Source: Candidatus Velthaea sp. | GTDB lineage: Bacteria > Vulcanimicrobiota > Vulcanimicrobiia > Vulcanimicrobiales > Vulcanimicrobiaceae | Direction of reading: 5' to 3' | Assembly (NCBI GenBank): GCA_965214935.1 | Contig: CBDCCS010000022.1 | Coordinates: forward strand, 739,104 to 803,103 | DNA length: 64,000 bases | Part shown: in pieces, positions 39,642-50,105 of the stretch | Layout of the letters: every line of letters starts with the position of its first letter | Numbering within the stretch: position 1 is the first letter of the stretch | Made by a program: the position numbers and the translations under genes | The notes under the pieces: model-generated | Told to the model about the DNA's origin: nothing | The model's input: the letters and a program-made list of their open reading frames with translations, nothing else | Databases searched by the model: none

Positions 39642-40673
39642 TTACGGTACCGCAACTGCGGGCGGTGCCAGATGCCGCGCTAAACGCGGATACACATGCA
39701 ATGCGTTCAACTCGAAGATCCGGCGGCGCGTTTGCTCGTCGAGCGGCAGCGCGTCGAGATATTTTTTCGTATCGTCATAGTATTGCCCGGTTCGCGGATC
39801 GATACCGCGAACGGCACCGACCATCTCGGAGCCGAAGAGTATGTTGTCGGCCGGTATGACCTTGAGCAGCAATTCGATACCCGGCAAATGGTAGACACAC
39901 GTATCGAAAAAAACATTGCCGAGCACCGCTTCCTCGAGCGGCGGGCGTTTCAGGTCTTGCGCGAGGCCGCGATACCGTCCCCAATGATAGGGCACCGCGC
40001 CGCCGCCGTGCGGAATGATGAAGCGCAAGGTCGGGAAATCGCGAAAGAGATCCGCTGCAATGAATTGCATGAACGCGGTCGTATCGGCGTTGATATAGTG
40101 CGCGCCCGTCGCGTGAAAGTTCGGGTTGCACGATGAGCTGACGTGCACCATTGCCGGAACGTCGAGTTCCACCATGCGCTCGTACAGCGGATACCAAAAG
40201 CGATCGGTCAGCGGCAGCGACGTCCAATGGCCGCCCGACGGATCCGGATTGAGATTGAGCCCGATAAAGCCGAGTTCGTCGACGCAGCGCTCTAATTCGC
40301 GGATACTGCCGGCTAGATCGGCGTGCGGCGATTGCGGCAATTGGGCGACGCCGACGAAGTTGTGCGGATACAGCGCGCACACGCGCGCGATGAGATCGTT
40401 ACAGGCGCGCGCCCAAGCAAGACTGGTTTGCTCCGTACCGACGTGATGTGCCATCGCCGACGCGCGCGGTGAAAAGATCGTCAGATCGATGCCGCGTTCG
40501 CGAGCGAGTTTGAGCTGCGCACCTTCGAGGCTTGCACGTATCTCATCGTCGCTGATGTGAGGTGCGAGCGGCGCCGGCAACAACGGATCGGCGAGTTGCG
40601 CGATCTGAGCTTGCCGGAACGTCTGCAACTCCGCCGGAGCCGTGGTATAGTGGCCGTGACAGTCGATAATCAT
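39642..40673 (-). CDS. ligJ: 4-oxalomesaconate hydratase
   Basis: MIIDCHGHYTTAP, FSPRAS, NLNPDPSGG, PHGGGAVPYHWGRYRG; ATG 40673 overlaps ligU stop. Confidence 0.95.
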   Translation of the reverse strand: MIIDCHGHYTTAPAELQTFRQAQIAQLADPLLPAPLAPHISDDEIRASLEGAQLKLARERGIDLTIFSPRASAMAHHVGTEQTSLAWARACNDLIARVCALYPHNFVGVAQLPQSPHADLAGSIRELERCVDELGFIGLNLNPDPSGGHWTSLPLTDRFWYPLYERMVELDVPAMVHVSSSCNPNFHATGAHYINADTTAFMQFIAADLFRDFPTLRFIIPHGGGAVPYHWGRYRGLAQDLKRPPLEEAVLGNVFFDTCVYHLPGIELLLKVIPADNILFGSEMVGAVRGIDPRTGQYYDDTKKYLDALPLDEQTRRRIFELNALHVYPRLARHLAPPAVAVP

Positions 40674-41770
40674 ACCGGTTGACGCCACAGGCCGGCCGGA
40701 ACGAAGATGTCTCCGCTCATGAGCGCTCGCGCCGTACGCAGCAACGCCGACCGCCGGACGTGCGGACCATTGCTGCCCGCGGCAATGTCCATCTCGACGG
40801 TGAAGAAGCCGGTCGGATGTTCGATGTCGAAGCTGCGCGTGCCGAACTCGGACCCGCCGCTCATTTCTGCGGCGATCGAACCAGGCAAGGCGCAGGCCGT
40901 CGCAACGCTGACGGCGCCGAAGACGCCGATCGCTTTGTGTACGCTGTGTGGAATGAACGTGCGGGTTGCGATCGCACCGCCGTGTTGCGGCGGCGCGACC
41001 AAGCACATTTTGGGCACCGTTTTGTGCGTTACGTCGCCGAGGTTCATGCGCGGTCCGGCCGCTAGCCGCACGCGTTCGACGCGCGCTTTGAGGGCGATGT
41101 CGGCCTCCATCGCGGCAGGCGTTTCGGCACCGGTCAGATCGAAATCACACGCGCGCAAAATTACGACAGGCATGCCGTTATCGATCAGCGTCGCCTCGAC
41201 GCCGTCGATGACATCGCGCACGCGACCGGTCGGTAATAGCGCCCCGCAACTTCCGCCGGCAATATCGAGAAAATCGATGCGGATCGGCGCTGCGGTTCCC
41301 GGCACGCCGTCGATGCGTGCTTCGCCGTCGTAGCGCACGCGGCCGTCCGGTGTCTGCACGTGCGCGACGGCGAGCGTCCCGGTATTCACCATATGGATTC
41401 TCACCGCCGTAACCGCGCCGGCGGATTCGACGAGGTTGTGCTCCACGGCAAAGGGCCCGATGCCGGCGAGCATATTACCGCAATTTTGCGAGCGATCGAC
41501 CCGCGCTTCAGCAACGACGACTTGCAAAAAGAGGTAGTCGACATCGGCGTCGGGGCGCGAGGCCGGACCGACGATGGCAACCTTACTCGTCAGCGAGTCC
41601 GCGCCGCCGACGCCGTCGATCTGCCGCACGTCGGGCGATCCCATCGCCGCCAGCAGCACGCGGTCGCGCAGCTCGGGGTCGGCCGGCAGATCGGCGGCAA
41701 GAAAAAACGGCCCTTTCGAGGTTCCGCCACGCATGAGCGTGCACGGGATTGCCGTTTGCGCCGGCGCCAT
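40670..41770 (-). CDS. ligU: 4-oxalomesaconate tautomerase (PrpF family)
   Basis: MRGGTSKG, GSPDVRQIDGVGG, NCGNML, IEHPTG. Confidence 0.92.
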   Translation of the reverse strand: MAPAQTAIPCTLMRGGTSKGPFFLAADLPADPELRDRVLLAAMGSPDVRQIDGVGGADSLTSKVAIVGPASRPDADVDYLFLQVVVAEARVDRSQNCGNMLAGIGPFAVEHNLVESAGAVTAVRIHMVNTGTLAVAHVQTPDGRVRYDGEARIDGVPGTAAPIRIDFLDIAGGSCGALLPTGRVRDVIDGVEATLIDNGMPVVILRACDFDLTGAETPAAMEADIALKARVERVRLAAGPRMNLGDVTHKTVPKMCLVAPPQHGGAIATRTFIPHSVHKAIGVFGAVSVATACALPGSIAAEMSGGSEFGTRSFDIEHPTGFFTVEMDIAAGSNGPHVRRSALLRTARALMSGDIFVPAGLWRQPV

Positions 41771-41777
41771 CTTCGGC

Positions 41778-42407
41778 TTACGCCGCTCCGCCCGCAGTGA
41801 CGATCTTCCGCAAGTCGTTGAGATCGTACGACCGTTCGCCGCGCGCATATCGCGCGCGGACGGTGCTTTCGTTCGCCGCCCGTCGACGCGCCGCGAGCAC
41901 GACGTCCTCAATCCGGTGCGCTGCAATAACGCACGCCCCGTCGCTGTCGAGCACAACGCTATCGCCGGGCGCGATCGTCGCGCCGCCGACCGTTACCGGC
42001 ACGTCAAGCTCGCCGACGATTCGCTTGGCGGCACCGCGGACGCAAATCCAGTGCGCCCAAATCGGCAACGCCATCGTCGCTAAATCGTCGGCATCCCGAA
42101 CGGAGGCATCGACGAGTAGTCCGGCAGCGCCCGCGGCGATCATCTGTGTCGCGAGAAGGTCGCCGACGAGCGCAACGGCACGCGGTTCGGGCATCGTCAG
42201 GACGACGATGTCGCCCGGCTCGATGCGCTCGATCGCCGCGTGCACCATCAGGTTGTCATCTTGTCCGCAACGGACCGTGCGCGCCGGACCCGCGACACGA
42301 CTGCGCGAGATGAGCTGGTGAAACGCAACATCGATCAGACCTTCTTTGCCTGACGCTTCATAAATGGTCGCAACGCCCAGCTTGGCCAGTTCCGCATAGT
42401 CGATCAC
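41778..42407 (-). CDS. ligK: 4-carboxy-4-hydroxy-2-oxoadipate (HMG/CHA) aldolase, RraA family
   Basis: LGVATIYEA, DDNLMVH, GDLLAT, VRD, PGDSVVLDSDG; first gene of the lig operon, AAGGAG upstream of GTG 42407. Confidence 0.8.
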   Translation of the reverse strand: MIDYAELAKLGVATIYEASGKEGLIDVAFHQLISRSRVAGPARTVRCGQDDNLMVHAAIERIEPGDIVVLTMPEPRAVALVGDLLATQMIAAGAAGLLVDASVRDADDLATMALPIWAHWICVRGAAKRIVGELDVPVTVGGATIAPGDSVVLDSDGACVIAAHRIEDVVLAARRRAANESTVRARYARGERSYDLNDLRKIVTAGGAA

Positions 42408-42638
42408 GACGCAGGTCCGACTCCTTGTGCAAGTGCTGTGCCGCATGCAGGATGCTGCCAACATTGTTGCCGATCTTGGCGCCAATCTTAAAGCGGCCGG
42501 ATTTCGGCACCTGCGATGCAACCGGCGGCATCGTTGTCCCGGCATTGCCGTAAATGAAGATATTCCCCTTGCGAGGAATTTGACCGGTCGACCGGCGATT
42601 ACCGGCTTGCTTTTGTCGCCGCGATGGAGAAAATACCG

Positions 42639-43787
42639 ATGTTCGAGCCCTTTCCCGGCACCTACGTCTGGAACTTGGCGGTCAATCTGGCGTTGATGTG
42701 CGGCGGCAATTACGGCGAGATCGATGCAGCTTGCCGGCCTTTGCGCGAAGCCGCCGCGCGTGGCGAAGATGCCGGATCGGCATTGTTTTTCGATAGCTGG
42801 ATCGGCGTGGCCGATCGCGTCGCGGCAAATGCGCGCGACGATGACGAGCGCGGCCGTGGGTTGAGTGCGGCTGCGAAATTCGCCCGCGCCGCGGGCTATT
42901 ATCAAGCCGCCGAACGGATGCAATCGCGTGACTACGCGCCGCGCTGGACGGCGTATCGTACTTCGCTGGCATGCTTCCGGCGTTCGGTCGAACTGGGCGA
43001 CCGGCGCTGTGAGTTCGTCGCTATTCCGTACGGTGATACAACTTATCCCGCGCTGTTCGTGCCGGCCGGCGACGGCGAGCGCCTACCGTGCCTGGTCAGC
43101 TGCAACGGTCTCGATAGCATGAAAGAGCAAGTGTATAGTGCCGGCAACGCACGCGAATTCAGCCGCCGCGGCATCTCCGTTCTCATCGTCGACCAGCCCG
43201 GAACGGGCGAAGCACTTCGGATCGGCAAGCTTCCAGGCGTTTACGATTCCGAGCGTTGGGCGGCGGCGGCGGTCGACTACCTCGAGACGCGTACCGACGT
43301 CGACCCGCAGCGCATCGGCATGTTCGGTCTGTCGCTCGGCGGCTATTTCGCGCCGCGCGCAGTTGCGTTCGAGAAGCGCTTCGCGCTCTGTGCCGTGCTC
43401 GGCGGCAACCACGACTGGGGCGAAGTGCAGAAACGTCGCGCCGCGCGCGAAGGCGACCGGCCCGTCCCGCATTATTGGGATCACGTTCTGTGGGTGTTCG
43501 GCAAATCGAGCGTCGATGAATTTCTGCAGTGGGCGCCGCAGATGTGTTTGGACGGGGTCGTCGAGCGCGTAACCGTACCGTTTCTGATCACCCACGGTGA
43601 AGGCGACCGGCAAATTCCCGTTGAGTTTGCGCAACGCAGTTTCGATCAAGCCGTCAATAGCCCTAAGCGTGAACTACGCGTATTCACGAAACAGGATTTT
43701 GAGATCGAGCACTGCGGCGCCGACAACGGCACGGCCGCACGTGACTATATCGCCGACTGGGTTGCCGAGACGTTCGCCGGCGCGTAA
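42639..43787 (+). CDS. Alpha/beta hydrolase (FrsA/2,6-dihydroxypseudooxynicotine hydrolase-like)
   Basis: NGLDSMKE, DQPGTGEA, nucleophile elbow GLSLGG, HGEGDRQ; start 42624 or 42639. Confidence 0.85.
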   Translation: MFEPFPGTYVWNLAVNLALMCGGNYGEIDAACRPLREAAARGEDAGSALFFDSWIGVADRVAANARDDDERGRGLSAAAKFARAAGYYQAAERMQSRDYAPRWTAYRTSLACFRRSVELGDRRCEFVAIPYGDTTYPALFVPAGDGERLPCLVSCNGLDSMKEQVYSAGNAREFSRRGISVLIVDQPGTGEALRIGKLPGVYDSERWAAAAVDYLETRTDVDPQRIGMFGLSLGGYFAPRAVAFEKRFALCAVLGGNHDWGEVQKRRAAREGDRPVPHYWDHVLWVFGKSSVDEFLQWAPQMCLDGVVERVTVPFLITHGEGDRQIPVEFAQRSFDQAVNSPKRELRVFTKQDFEIEHCGADNGTAARDYIADWVAETFAGA

Positions 43788-43792
43788 CTCGA

Positions 43793-44917
43793 TCAGATCG
43801 GCTGTGCCGTCCGCTCGAGCATCGCAGCGACGGCCATGCCGTGATTGAAATCGGCCGGCTGCCGGGTCATCTCGAACGTACCGACCGCAATCGATTCTTC
43901 GACGATATACCGGCAACGCTCGTAACGGCGGTGCATGTATTCGTCGAATGAATCGGCGAGCGGTGCGTCTCGTGCGAGCAATTCGCTTAGGACGACGGAA
44001 TCTTCGATCGCCATCCCGGCACCTTGGCCCAGATGCGGCGTGGTCGTGTGGGCCGCATCGCCGATCAGCACGACGCGGCCTCGATACCATGGCGCGGGCA
44101 TGAGCAGCGCCTCAAACGGACGATACACAACCTCGGCGGGATCGCTGATTCGATCGCGCAGCATACCGATGATCCCGCCGAATGCCTTGAGCCGGTCGCG
44201 CATGAGCGCGGGCAGATCGGCGGCCGCATAATCCGGATTACCCGGTTCTTCCGCCGTCACGTACATATACATGAGATCCGGTGCCAGCGGACACAAACCG
44301 GCATTGCCTTGTGGGCCGATCGAAGCATACAGATGATCGATTTCCGGCAAGCGCTCGAAGTTGTGGCGCCAGCAGCCTTGACCGGTGAACGCCGGCGTAA
44401 AGTCGCGACCGAATGTTAGCGCGCGCACGCGCGAATAAACGCCGTCGGCACCGACAACGACATCGTAAGTGCCGGTGGTCCCGTCGCTGAACGTGACGCT
44501 CGCGTCGCGGTCGCTTTGATCGATACGGGTGACCGACATGCCGAGTCGAACGTGCGTGCCTTTTTGCAGCGCCAGCGTCATGAGCACGTCGTGCAATGCG
44601 CGGCGCGATACACCGATGTTTGCCGGATACTCGGGACCGGCCAGCCGTGCGTTGGGCATCAGGGCAAGTTGCTTGCCGTCGGCATCGTAGATGCCGACTT
44701 CCTCAAACGGAAAGCTGACGGCGAGATAGTGGTCGACGATGCCGAGTTGCGCCATGGCGCGTACCACGTTGCCTTGCTGAATGATGCCGACTCCATACAC
44801 GGTCCATTCCGCTTTCAACTCGACCATGTCGACGGCAATTCCACGATCGCGCAAACCAATTGCAAGGGTGAGCCCGCCGATACCGCCGCCGACGACGAGC
44901 ACCTTACGAACGTTCAT
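43793..44917 (-). CDS. FAD-dependent monooxygenase (group A aromatic hydroxylase-like)
   Basis: VVGGGIGGL, VGADGVYS, IGDAAHTTTPHLGQGAGMAIED. Confidence 0.92.
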   Translation of the reverse strand: MNVRKVLVVGGGIGGLTLAIGLRDRGIAVDMVELKAEWTVYGVGIIQQGNVVRAMAQLGIVDHYLAVSFPFEEVGIYDADGKQLALMPNARLAGPEYPANIGVSRRALHDVLMTLALQKGTHVRLGMSVTRIDQSDRDASVTFSDGTTGTYDVVVGADGVYSRVRALTFGRDFTPAFTGQGCWRHNFERLPEIDHLYASIGPQGNAGLCPLAPDLMYMYVTAEEPGNPDYAAADLPALMRDRLKAFGGIIGMLRDRISDPAEVVYRPFEALLMPAPWYRGRVVLIGDAAHTTTPHLGQGAGMAIEDSVVLSELLARDAPLADSFDEYMHRRYERCRYIVEESIAVGTFEMTRQPADFNHGMAVAAMLERTAQPI

Positions 44918-44918
44918 T

Positions 44919-45674
44919 TTAGCTAAGAACGGCGTCAGCCGCGACGAACGGTTGACCGCGAACGACGTCGAAAATAACAATTTCGCGTGCAAAGACAAAG
45001 AACGAGCCGGACGCATCGATAAGCCCGGTTGCTTCGGCATGGCGTTGATACGGCCGAAAAATTGCTAGATCGGCTTCGTTGGCAAAGCGCAACATGACGA
45101 TTGCATCGAACGCCGGCGCATCAGTTCCGCCGAAATGCTGCGCATTTGTCGCTTGACTGACAGGCACGCTCATAACGCATTCTTCAATTAGCCGTGCGTC
45201 ATGCGCGGTCATCATGAAGCCGGCATGAGCGGACCGGATGCCGGCTGCAACATCCGCGCCGCCGGCACCGGCAGACTTGATATAATAAAAAACTTTGTAA
45301 CTTCCGGCATCACGCAGGCACGCCGTCAATGTTTCTTCGCGCGTGATTGCTCCCGTTGCGGTTGAAAAGTCATTAAATTTCTTACCGTCGCTGCGCAACG
45401 TTGTTTGACTGTACGGATCGGCGAACGTCCGCTGCATGGCAGTAGCGTCGGCAAACCACAATTCGGTAATGAGATCGCGGCTGCTGACGCCGGTATACGC
45501 AGAATCGCTCGCCGTCCCGTATGCACCGTCGAAAACATGATTTTGAACGTAACGGTCGACGCCCAAAGGTTGCGCTGCGGCAAGCTCGCCATGGACGTTG
45601 CGAAGGTAGCTTGCGAATTCAGCGCGCGTTAGTCCGGGTTTGCGCCGGATGGCCGCAATTTGCTTGATGGACAC
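44919..45674 (-). CDS. EthD-domain protein (tandem Dabb)
   Basis: IRRKPGLTRAEFASYLRNVHG, YVQNH, ELWF. Confidence 0.8.
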   Translation of the reverse strand: MSIKQIAAIRRKPGLTRAEFASYLRNVHGELAAAQPLGVDRYVQNHVFDGAYGTASDSAYTGVSSRDLITELWFADATAMQRTFADPYSQTTLRSDGKKFNDFSTATGAITREETLTACLRDAGSYKVFYYIKSAGAGGADVAAGIRSAHAGFMMTAHDARLIEECVMSVPVSQATNAQHFGGTDAPAFDAIVMLRFANEADLAIFRPYQRHAEATGLIDASGSFFVFAREIVIFDVVRGQPFVAADAVLS

Positions 45675-45801
45675 CCATTACTCCTTACTAATTCCTCTAG
45701 CAAAGAATACTCGGCCGCTGCGGTTCGCCCTGCTTGGTGGGCGTTGGCAGGGCGCTTGGAAGAAGTCCGGTCCGGGGCGCTGGGGTTCCGATGATGCCTT
45801 T

Positions 45802-45856
45802 AAAGCACTTCAACAAAGCACTTCAACATCTCGATGTACGAAAGTGCTTCGAGATG
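45802..45856. repeat. 13-bp tandem duplication AAAGCACTTCAAC x2 followed by inverted repeat CATCTCGA..TCGAGATG
   Basis: Read directly at 45802-45814 and 45815-45827; inverted arms at 45827-45834 and 45849-45856. Confidence 0.7.
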
Positions 45857-45975
45857 CTCGTGCAACGTGGGAACGAAAATAGAGCGCATACGGACATCAC
45901 CATCGTATGACGACGGGCGTCCGAGCGTCTGCGCGTGTGAGCGTTTGAGCGCATACCGACAGCACGCCGGTACGG

Positions 45976-46587
45976 TTACATGTCCATGCGCTTTGGGCTG
46001 CGCGCCGTGGCGTCCGCCGGGGCAGCCGATTTCAGCGCTTTCCAAGCAACCTCGACTGGCTTCGGGAGCTCGTCCATGTGCTTGAGAAACATTGCCACTT
46101 GCCACATTTGCGTACGACTCAGGCTAGCGTGAAACGCCGGCATCGCCGTAAAGCGAATCCCATGGTGAATCTTCCAATACGTCGCGCCTTCGGGATCGTC
46201 TTGGACGCCGTCGGACGCGAACTGCGGCGAGGGAATGTAGAAGCCTTGCGCGATACTCGTCGCCTTCCCATCCGCCGCGCCATGGCACATCAGGCAATTA
46301 TGCCCGTATATCCGCAGGCCCGCGTCGAGGTTCGCGACGTTCGTCAGGAGCGGGTTCTTCCGCTCGCCCATCTCGCGTTCGGAGACGGCATGCACTGCTT
46401 TCATGGCAAGATTTGCTTCGAGCGCCGAGGGCGCGTTATCAGCTGCCATCGGCGCGAAACCGAAGTAAATGCATGCGATCGTAACGGTGCCGAGCACGCC
46501 GAGAAACCCGACGACACCGACGGTCGCTGCGCGCAAATACCTCGGCAAAGTCAAACGACTCGTGCTGTGAAACACGGCCTCTTGCAC
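45976..46587 (-). CDS. Membrane-anchored c-type cytochrome
   Basis: N-terminal TM, heme motif CLMCHG, GIRFTAMPAF (Met ligand). Confidence 0.9.
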   Translation of the reverse strand: MQEAVFHSTSRLTLPRYLRAATVGVVGFLGVLGTVTIACIYFGFAPMAADNAPSALEANLAMKAVHAVSEREMGERKNPLLTNVANLDAGLRIYGHNCLMCHGAADGKATSIAQGFYIPSPQFASDGVQDDPEGATYWKIHHGIRFTAMPAFHASLSRTQMWQVAMFLKHMDELPKPVEVAWKALKSAAPADATARSPKRMDM

Positions 46588-46623
46588 GCGGTACGTTTCG
46601 CGGAGAAAAAGCGAAATCGCACG

Positions 46624-48261
46624 TTAGCGTAACGCACTGGGCCGCAAGCGTGCAAAGAGTTGAAAACCCCAAGGCGTCTGACGGCCGTAGTACGAGCGAA
46701 GATCGCCCGGCCGCGTATTCAGCGTGACCTGCGCGCCGAGCCCAGCTACAGTTCCTGAACCACGCAGCAGCGTGTCATGAACGTAGCCGATCGTATACGC
46801 GCCGATCGGGAATAGCGCGTTAGCACGGGCGGGCGCAAGAGCAAGCTGCGTTGGATCGGCATCGAGCACCAGGTCGGAGCCGGACTTTTGCACGTACTCG
46901 GCGCGACCGTAGACACTGTCGGAACGCCGATGGTAATCCGCTTCGAGCAGATAGGCGTTCGATCGCGATCCGCCGCTCTCAAAGTTTTGTCCGAAGACAG
47001 CCGACGTCGTGAAGAATTGCCCAAATGCGAGCGCTTTATTATAGATAACCGATGCGGTGGTCCGATGCTGATCGAGCAGCGGCATTAGGGCTTCCGGACT
47101 TTTGACATAACCAAAAGAAACTTGCGTCGCAATGTCGGCCGTCGCATTCCAAGAAATACGTCCGCTCGCCGAATCCAAGCGAACCGGATCGAAGTTGGTG
47201 CGAATCTCGTTCGGCTCACGCCCGGTAAAGGTGCTTGCCTCAAATTTTATTGCATTCAAGGCAAAGCCCGCAGTTACGACGCCGAAGGTAACGTGCGTCG
47301 AATCTGCCCAGTGATGACCGATCGGTGCATCCGGCATATCGTATGCAATGAGCCGATGCATGTACGTCGGCGGCCCAAGCGCAGGCTCACCCGGATACCC
47401 AACATAGAGGTACGCTGAAGAACCGCGGCTCGGCTGCGTGGAGTAGGTCAATGCGGCTTCGGAAAAGAGATCGTGTGGATGCTGATGATCGTGAAGCGGG
47501 TGACCCGCGAAGCTTTCGCCGGTCTGGAACAATTCAGGATAACCATAGCCGCCGACGAGAGCAAAGTCACTCGTTACCATTAGTCGCGCGCCAAGTTGGG
47601 ACGCCGGACTCAACGGGTGCGAGCCCATCAGCATGTACCAATCCGGCGCGTTCAATGTACGCGTGCCGCGCTGACCGAACGTGTCGCTGTAGCGCACAAA
47701 TCCTGCGCCGTGCGTCATGAGCATGTTATCGCCGCTCACGGTCATATGACCGAACGTCGTCGATGAGTCCGGCAGCCACGACGTTCCCGAACCTTCGCGC
47801 GACATCGGCACGCCGAGATCGCTAATCGCCGGCATCGCGCGCATCGACATCATGTCGGCGGTCATCCGCAGCTTACTCATGCGGTACATGCTCGTAACGC
47901 CGTTCGCGTTGGTCGGCATCGACATAGCGAGGCCGTCCATGTGCATGCCGTTCATACCGCCCGTCGGCAAGCCGGACTCAGCGGGCTTCGGCATCGCGGA
48001 CTTCATCGGCACCGGCACATTGCCGGCGGAACTCGGCGGCGACGGAACCGGGCTCATCGTCATATCGGGCAGTGGGCCGGGTCGCATCGTCATACCCGGC
48101 ATCGGCGCCATTGTCGGCTGCGCTAACGGTTGCGCTGCAAAGACAAGGTTGGGCATGAACAGCATCGTCAAGACGGCTATCCCGGCTGACGGATGGCTCG
48201 CTCGGGCTGCCCGAACATGCGGCAACAGACAGTCAAGTAACCTATGGTTGCGGTCGAACAT
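46624..48261 (-). CDS. Exported protein with Met-rich N-terminus and probable beta-barrel; likely copper related
   Basis: Signal-like segment, MAPMPGMTM..MNGMHMDGLAMSM, GSGTSWLPDS, HDHQHPHDLF. Confidence 0.7.
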   Translation of the reverse strand: MFDRNHRLLDCLLPHVRAARASHPSAGIAVLTMLFMPNLVFAAQPLAQPTMAPMPGMTMRPGPLPDMTMSPVPSPPSSAGNVPVPMKSAMPKPAESGLPTGGMNGMHMDGLAMSMPTNANGVTSMYRMSKLRMTADMMSMRAMPAISDLGVPMSREGSGTSWLPDSSTTFGHMTVSGDNMLMTHGAGFVRYSDTFGQRGTRTLNAPDWYMLMGSHPLSPASQLGARLMVTSDFALVGGYGYPELFQTGESFAGHPLHDHQHPHDLFSEAALTYSTQPSRGSSAYLYVGYPGEPALGPPTYMHRLIAYDMPDAPIGHHWADSTHVTFGVVTAGFALNAIKFEASTFTGREPNEIRTNFDPVRLDSASGRISWNATADIATQVSFGYVKSPEALMPLLDQHRTTASVIYNKALAFGQFFTTSAVFGQNFESGGSRSNAYLLEADYHRRSDSVYGRAEYVQKSGSDLVLDADPTQLALAPARANALFPIGAYTIGYVHDTLLRGSGTVAGLGAQVTLNTRPGDLRSYYGRQTPWGFQLFARLRPSALR

Positions 48262-48265
48262 ATCG

Positions 48266-48281
48266 TACAGCCTGTAGTATA
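48266..48281 (-). promoter_or_regulatory. Candidate BlaI/CopY-type operator (TACA-GCC-TGTA) next to a TATACT -10-like hexamer
   Basis: Inverted repeat similar to TACA-N2-TGTA cop/bla boxes, just upstream of the ORF starting at 48261. Confidence 0.4.
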
Positions 48282-48307
48282 CGACGCGGTGTTATAGTTC
48301 CTCGCCG

Positions 48308-49096
48308 TCAACAGTGATGCGCGAGAAGAAACGGCAAATCGTGCATGAACTCGCGGTGACTAAGCGACAATGCGACTGCAAATAAGACGATGATGATCGG
48401 AGCCGCCCAGCTGAGCCAACGGTCATCGGGACGACGCGCCGCCGCTTCAAGGCCTAAGCCGGCACCGGCACACAATGCCGTCCCGCGAGCTAGGCGGCCA
48501 ATAAGGGCGACATACTGCTCCTCACGTTCGCCGGCAGCGGTGAAATTCGCCCGCTGCTCGCGTGCCGCGTGCAATCGGCGTTCGAGCGGCTCGAACCCAG
48601 GCAGCAATAACGCCGCGAAAGCTAAGTGCCACATGACACCAACGCTAGCGTCATGCCGGCTTGCATGAACGAGTTCGTGGCGGGCGACGAGCAGCAGATC
48701 GTTGTCGTTGAGCGCATCGGTGAATCCACGCGATAAAAGCACAACCGGACCAAATACGGTCGTTGCAATCGGCCGAGCGACGTCAAGGTAAGCGATGCGC
48801 GGCAGACGCGCGCCGAGTTCGGCACCGGCGGCGGCGAACGCCCGATCGACACGTTCGGGCAGTGCTTCGGCCAAATCGAGCAGGCGTGAGAACCGGAAGC
48901 GGGCGACGATGATATTGCCGAGTACGACGATGACGGACACCGATGCCAAAGCTGCGACGAACCAGCCCAGTCTTTCGTGAATCCAAACCGTCGCATGGTA
49001 CAGCGGATCGACACCGGCAAAGCCGCAGCCACGGTCGGCCCACCACGAAAGCGGTATTAAAAAAATAACCGGCCAGAGTACGCGGACGAGCCGCAC
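48308..49096 (-). CDS. M56/M48-like membrane zinc metallopeptidase (BlaR1-like, no penicillin-binding domain)
   Basis: HELVH (HExxH), downstream REQRAN, TM segments; follows a BlaI-type gene. Confidence 0.8.
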   Translation of the reverse strand: MRLVRVLWPVIFLIPLSWWADRGCGFAGVDPLYHATVWIHERLGWFVAALASVSVIVVLGNIIVARFRFSRLLDLAEALPERVDRAFAAAGAELGARLPRIAYLDVARPIATTVFGPVVLLSRGFTDALNDNDLLLVARHELVHASRHDASVGVMWHLAFAALLLPGFEPLERRLHAAREQRANFTAAGEREEQYVALIGRLARGTALCAGAGLGLEAAARRPDDRWLSWAAPIIIVLFAVALSLSHREFMHDLPFLLAHHC

Positions 49097-49100
49097 GTCG

Positions 49101-49535
49101 TCAGCGCTTTTTGCGGGCGCGACTCCCGAGAACCCGGCGCAGTTCCGCTAGTGCCTCCGGATCGTCAGCCACGGCGTCGACAAAGCCGTGGATGGCGGCC
49201 GGTCCGTGCGCAGCAATAAGACCTCCCAACGTCCGCGTAATAACTGCTGAAACAACGGCTTCTCGGCTGACCGCCGCCCGATAGCGCATGTCGAGATGCG
49301 ATCCGCCATCATTACCCTTGGCAACAAGACCTTTCTTGAGCATGCGCGTTAATTCGGTGAAGATCGTTGTGTACGCAACGCCGTCCATATCGCAGAGGCC
49401 TTGATGCAGAGTCGACACCGATTGCGATCCATGGGCCCATAAATACTCCATAATTATAGCTTGCCGGCTTCCGAGTACTTTTCCCAGATCGGCCTTTCGC
49501 TTCGAGATCACGTCGTCACCACGTTGTTTGTGCAA
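49101..49535 (-). CDS. BlaI/MecI/CopY family repressor
   Basis: IMEYLW, VAYTTIFTELTRMLKKGLV, YRAAVSRE. Confidence 0.88.
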   Translation of the reverse strand: MHKQRGDDVISKRKADLGKVLGSRQAIIMEYLWAHGSQSVSTLHQGLCDMDGVAYTTIFTELTRMLKKGLVAKGNDGGSHLDMRYRAAVSREAVVSAVITRTLGGLIAAHGPAAIHGFVDAVADDPEALAELRRVLGSRARKKR

Positions 49536-49567
49536 GACGCTACCGGCGGCTTAAATGATTTCAACGG

Positions 49568-49988
49568 TCATACACGTGCAAACACTTGCGGCTGCACGTC
49601 CAATGTGAACACCGTTGTCGGCTGAGAATCTCCACCCATGCCGGCGATCCCGGTCGGCATGCCCGGAATGGTTATTCCGCGGGTTTTCGGCCGTTCGCGT
49701 AAGAGCCGCGCGACAACTACGAGCGGCACGTGACCCTCGATGAGATAGCCATCGACGAGCGTCGTGTGACAACCGGCTACACGTTCGTTCAAGCGAAAGC
49801 GCCGTAAGCGTTCCGAGCGATCGAGATCGTGCATTTCGACCGAATATCCCGCCTGTCGCGCAAGACTCACCCAGCTCGCGCAACAACCGCAACGAGAGTC
49901 GCGATAGGTCGTCATCGAGCGACCGGCGGGGGAGACACCAACGAGCGGCATGGCGCTCACGACTGCTACGAAACTGACTGCGGTTCAT
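49568..49988 (-). pseudogene. DUF411 (CopG-like) copper protein with apparent frameshift in its signal peptide
   Basis: YRDSRCGCC, GCHTTLVDGYLIEGHVP, PGMP; ATG 49988 (GGAG RBS) joins the main frame only if one T near 49971-49973 is removed, giving MNRSQFVAVVSAMPLV. Confidence 0.6.
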
Positions 49989-50105
49989 TTCAGGAACTCC
50001 GGGCTCTAATAACGCTGCTCAGTTCATCGGCGAATCCGTTCCCCGAGGCGAGAAATCAACATGCGGGCAGCGATGCGATCTCAAAGTATACTACTAACCG
50101 TCAGA

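Noticed and set aside
39642..42923. Long N-terminal extensions on ligJ, ligU and ligK in the ORF track
   Set aside because: They overlap neighbouring genes; family-typical starts are at 40673, 41770 and 42407
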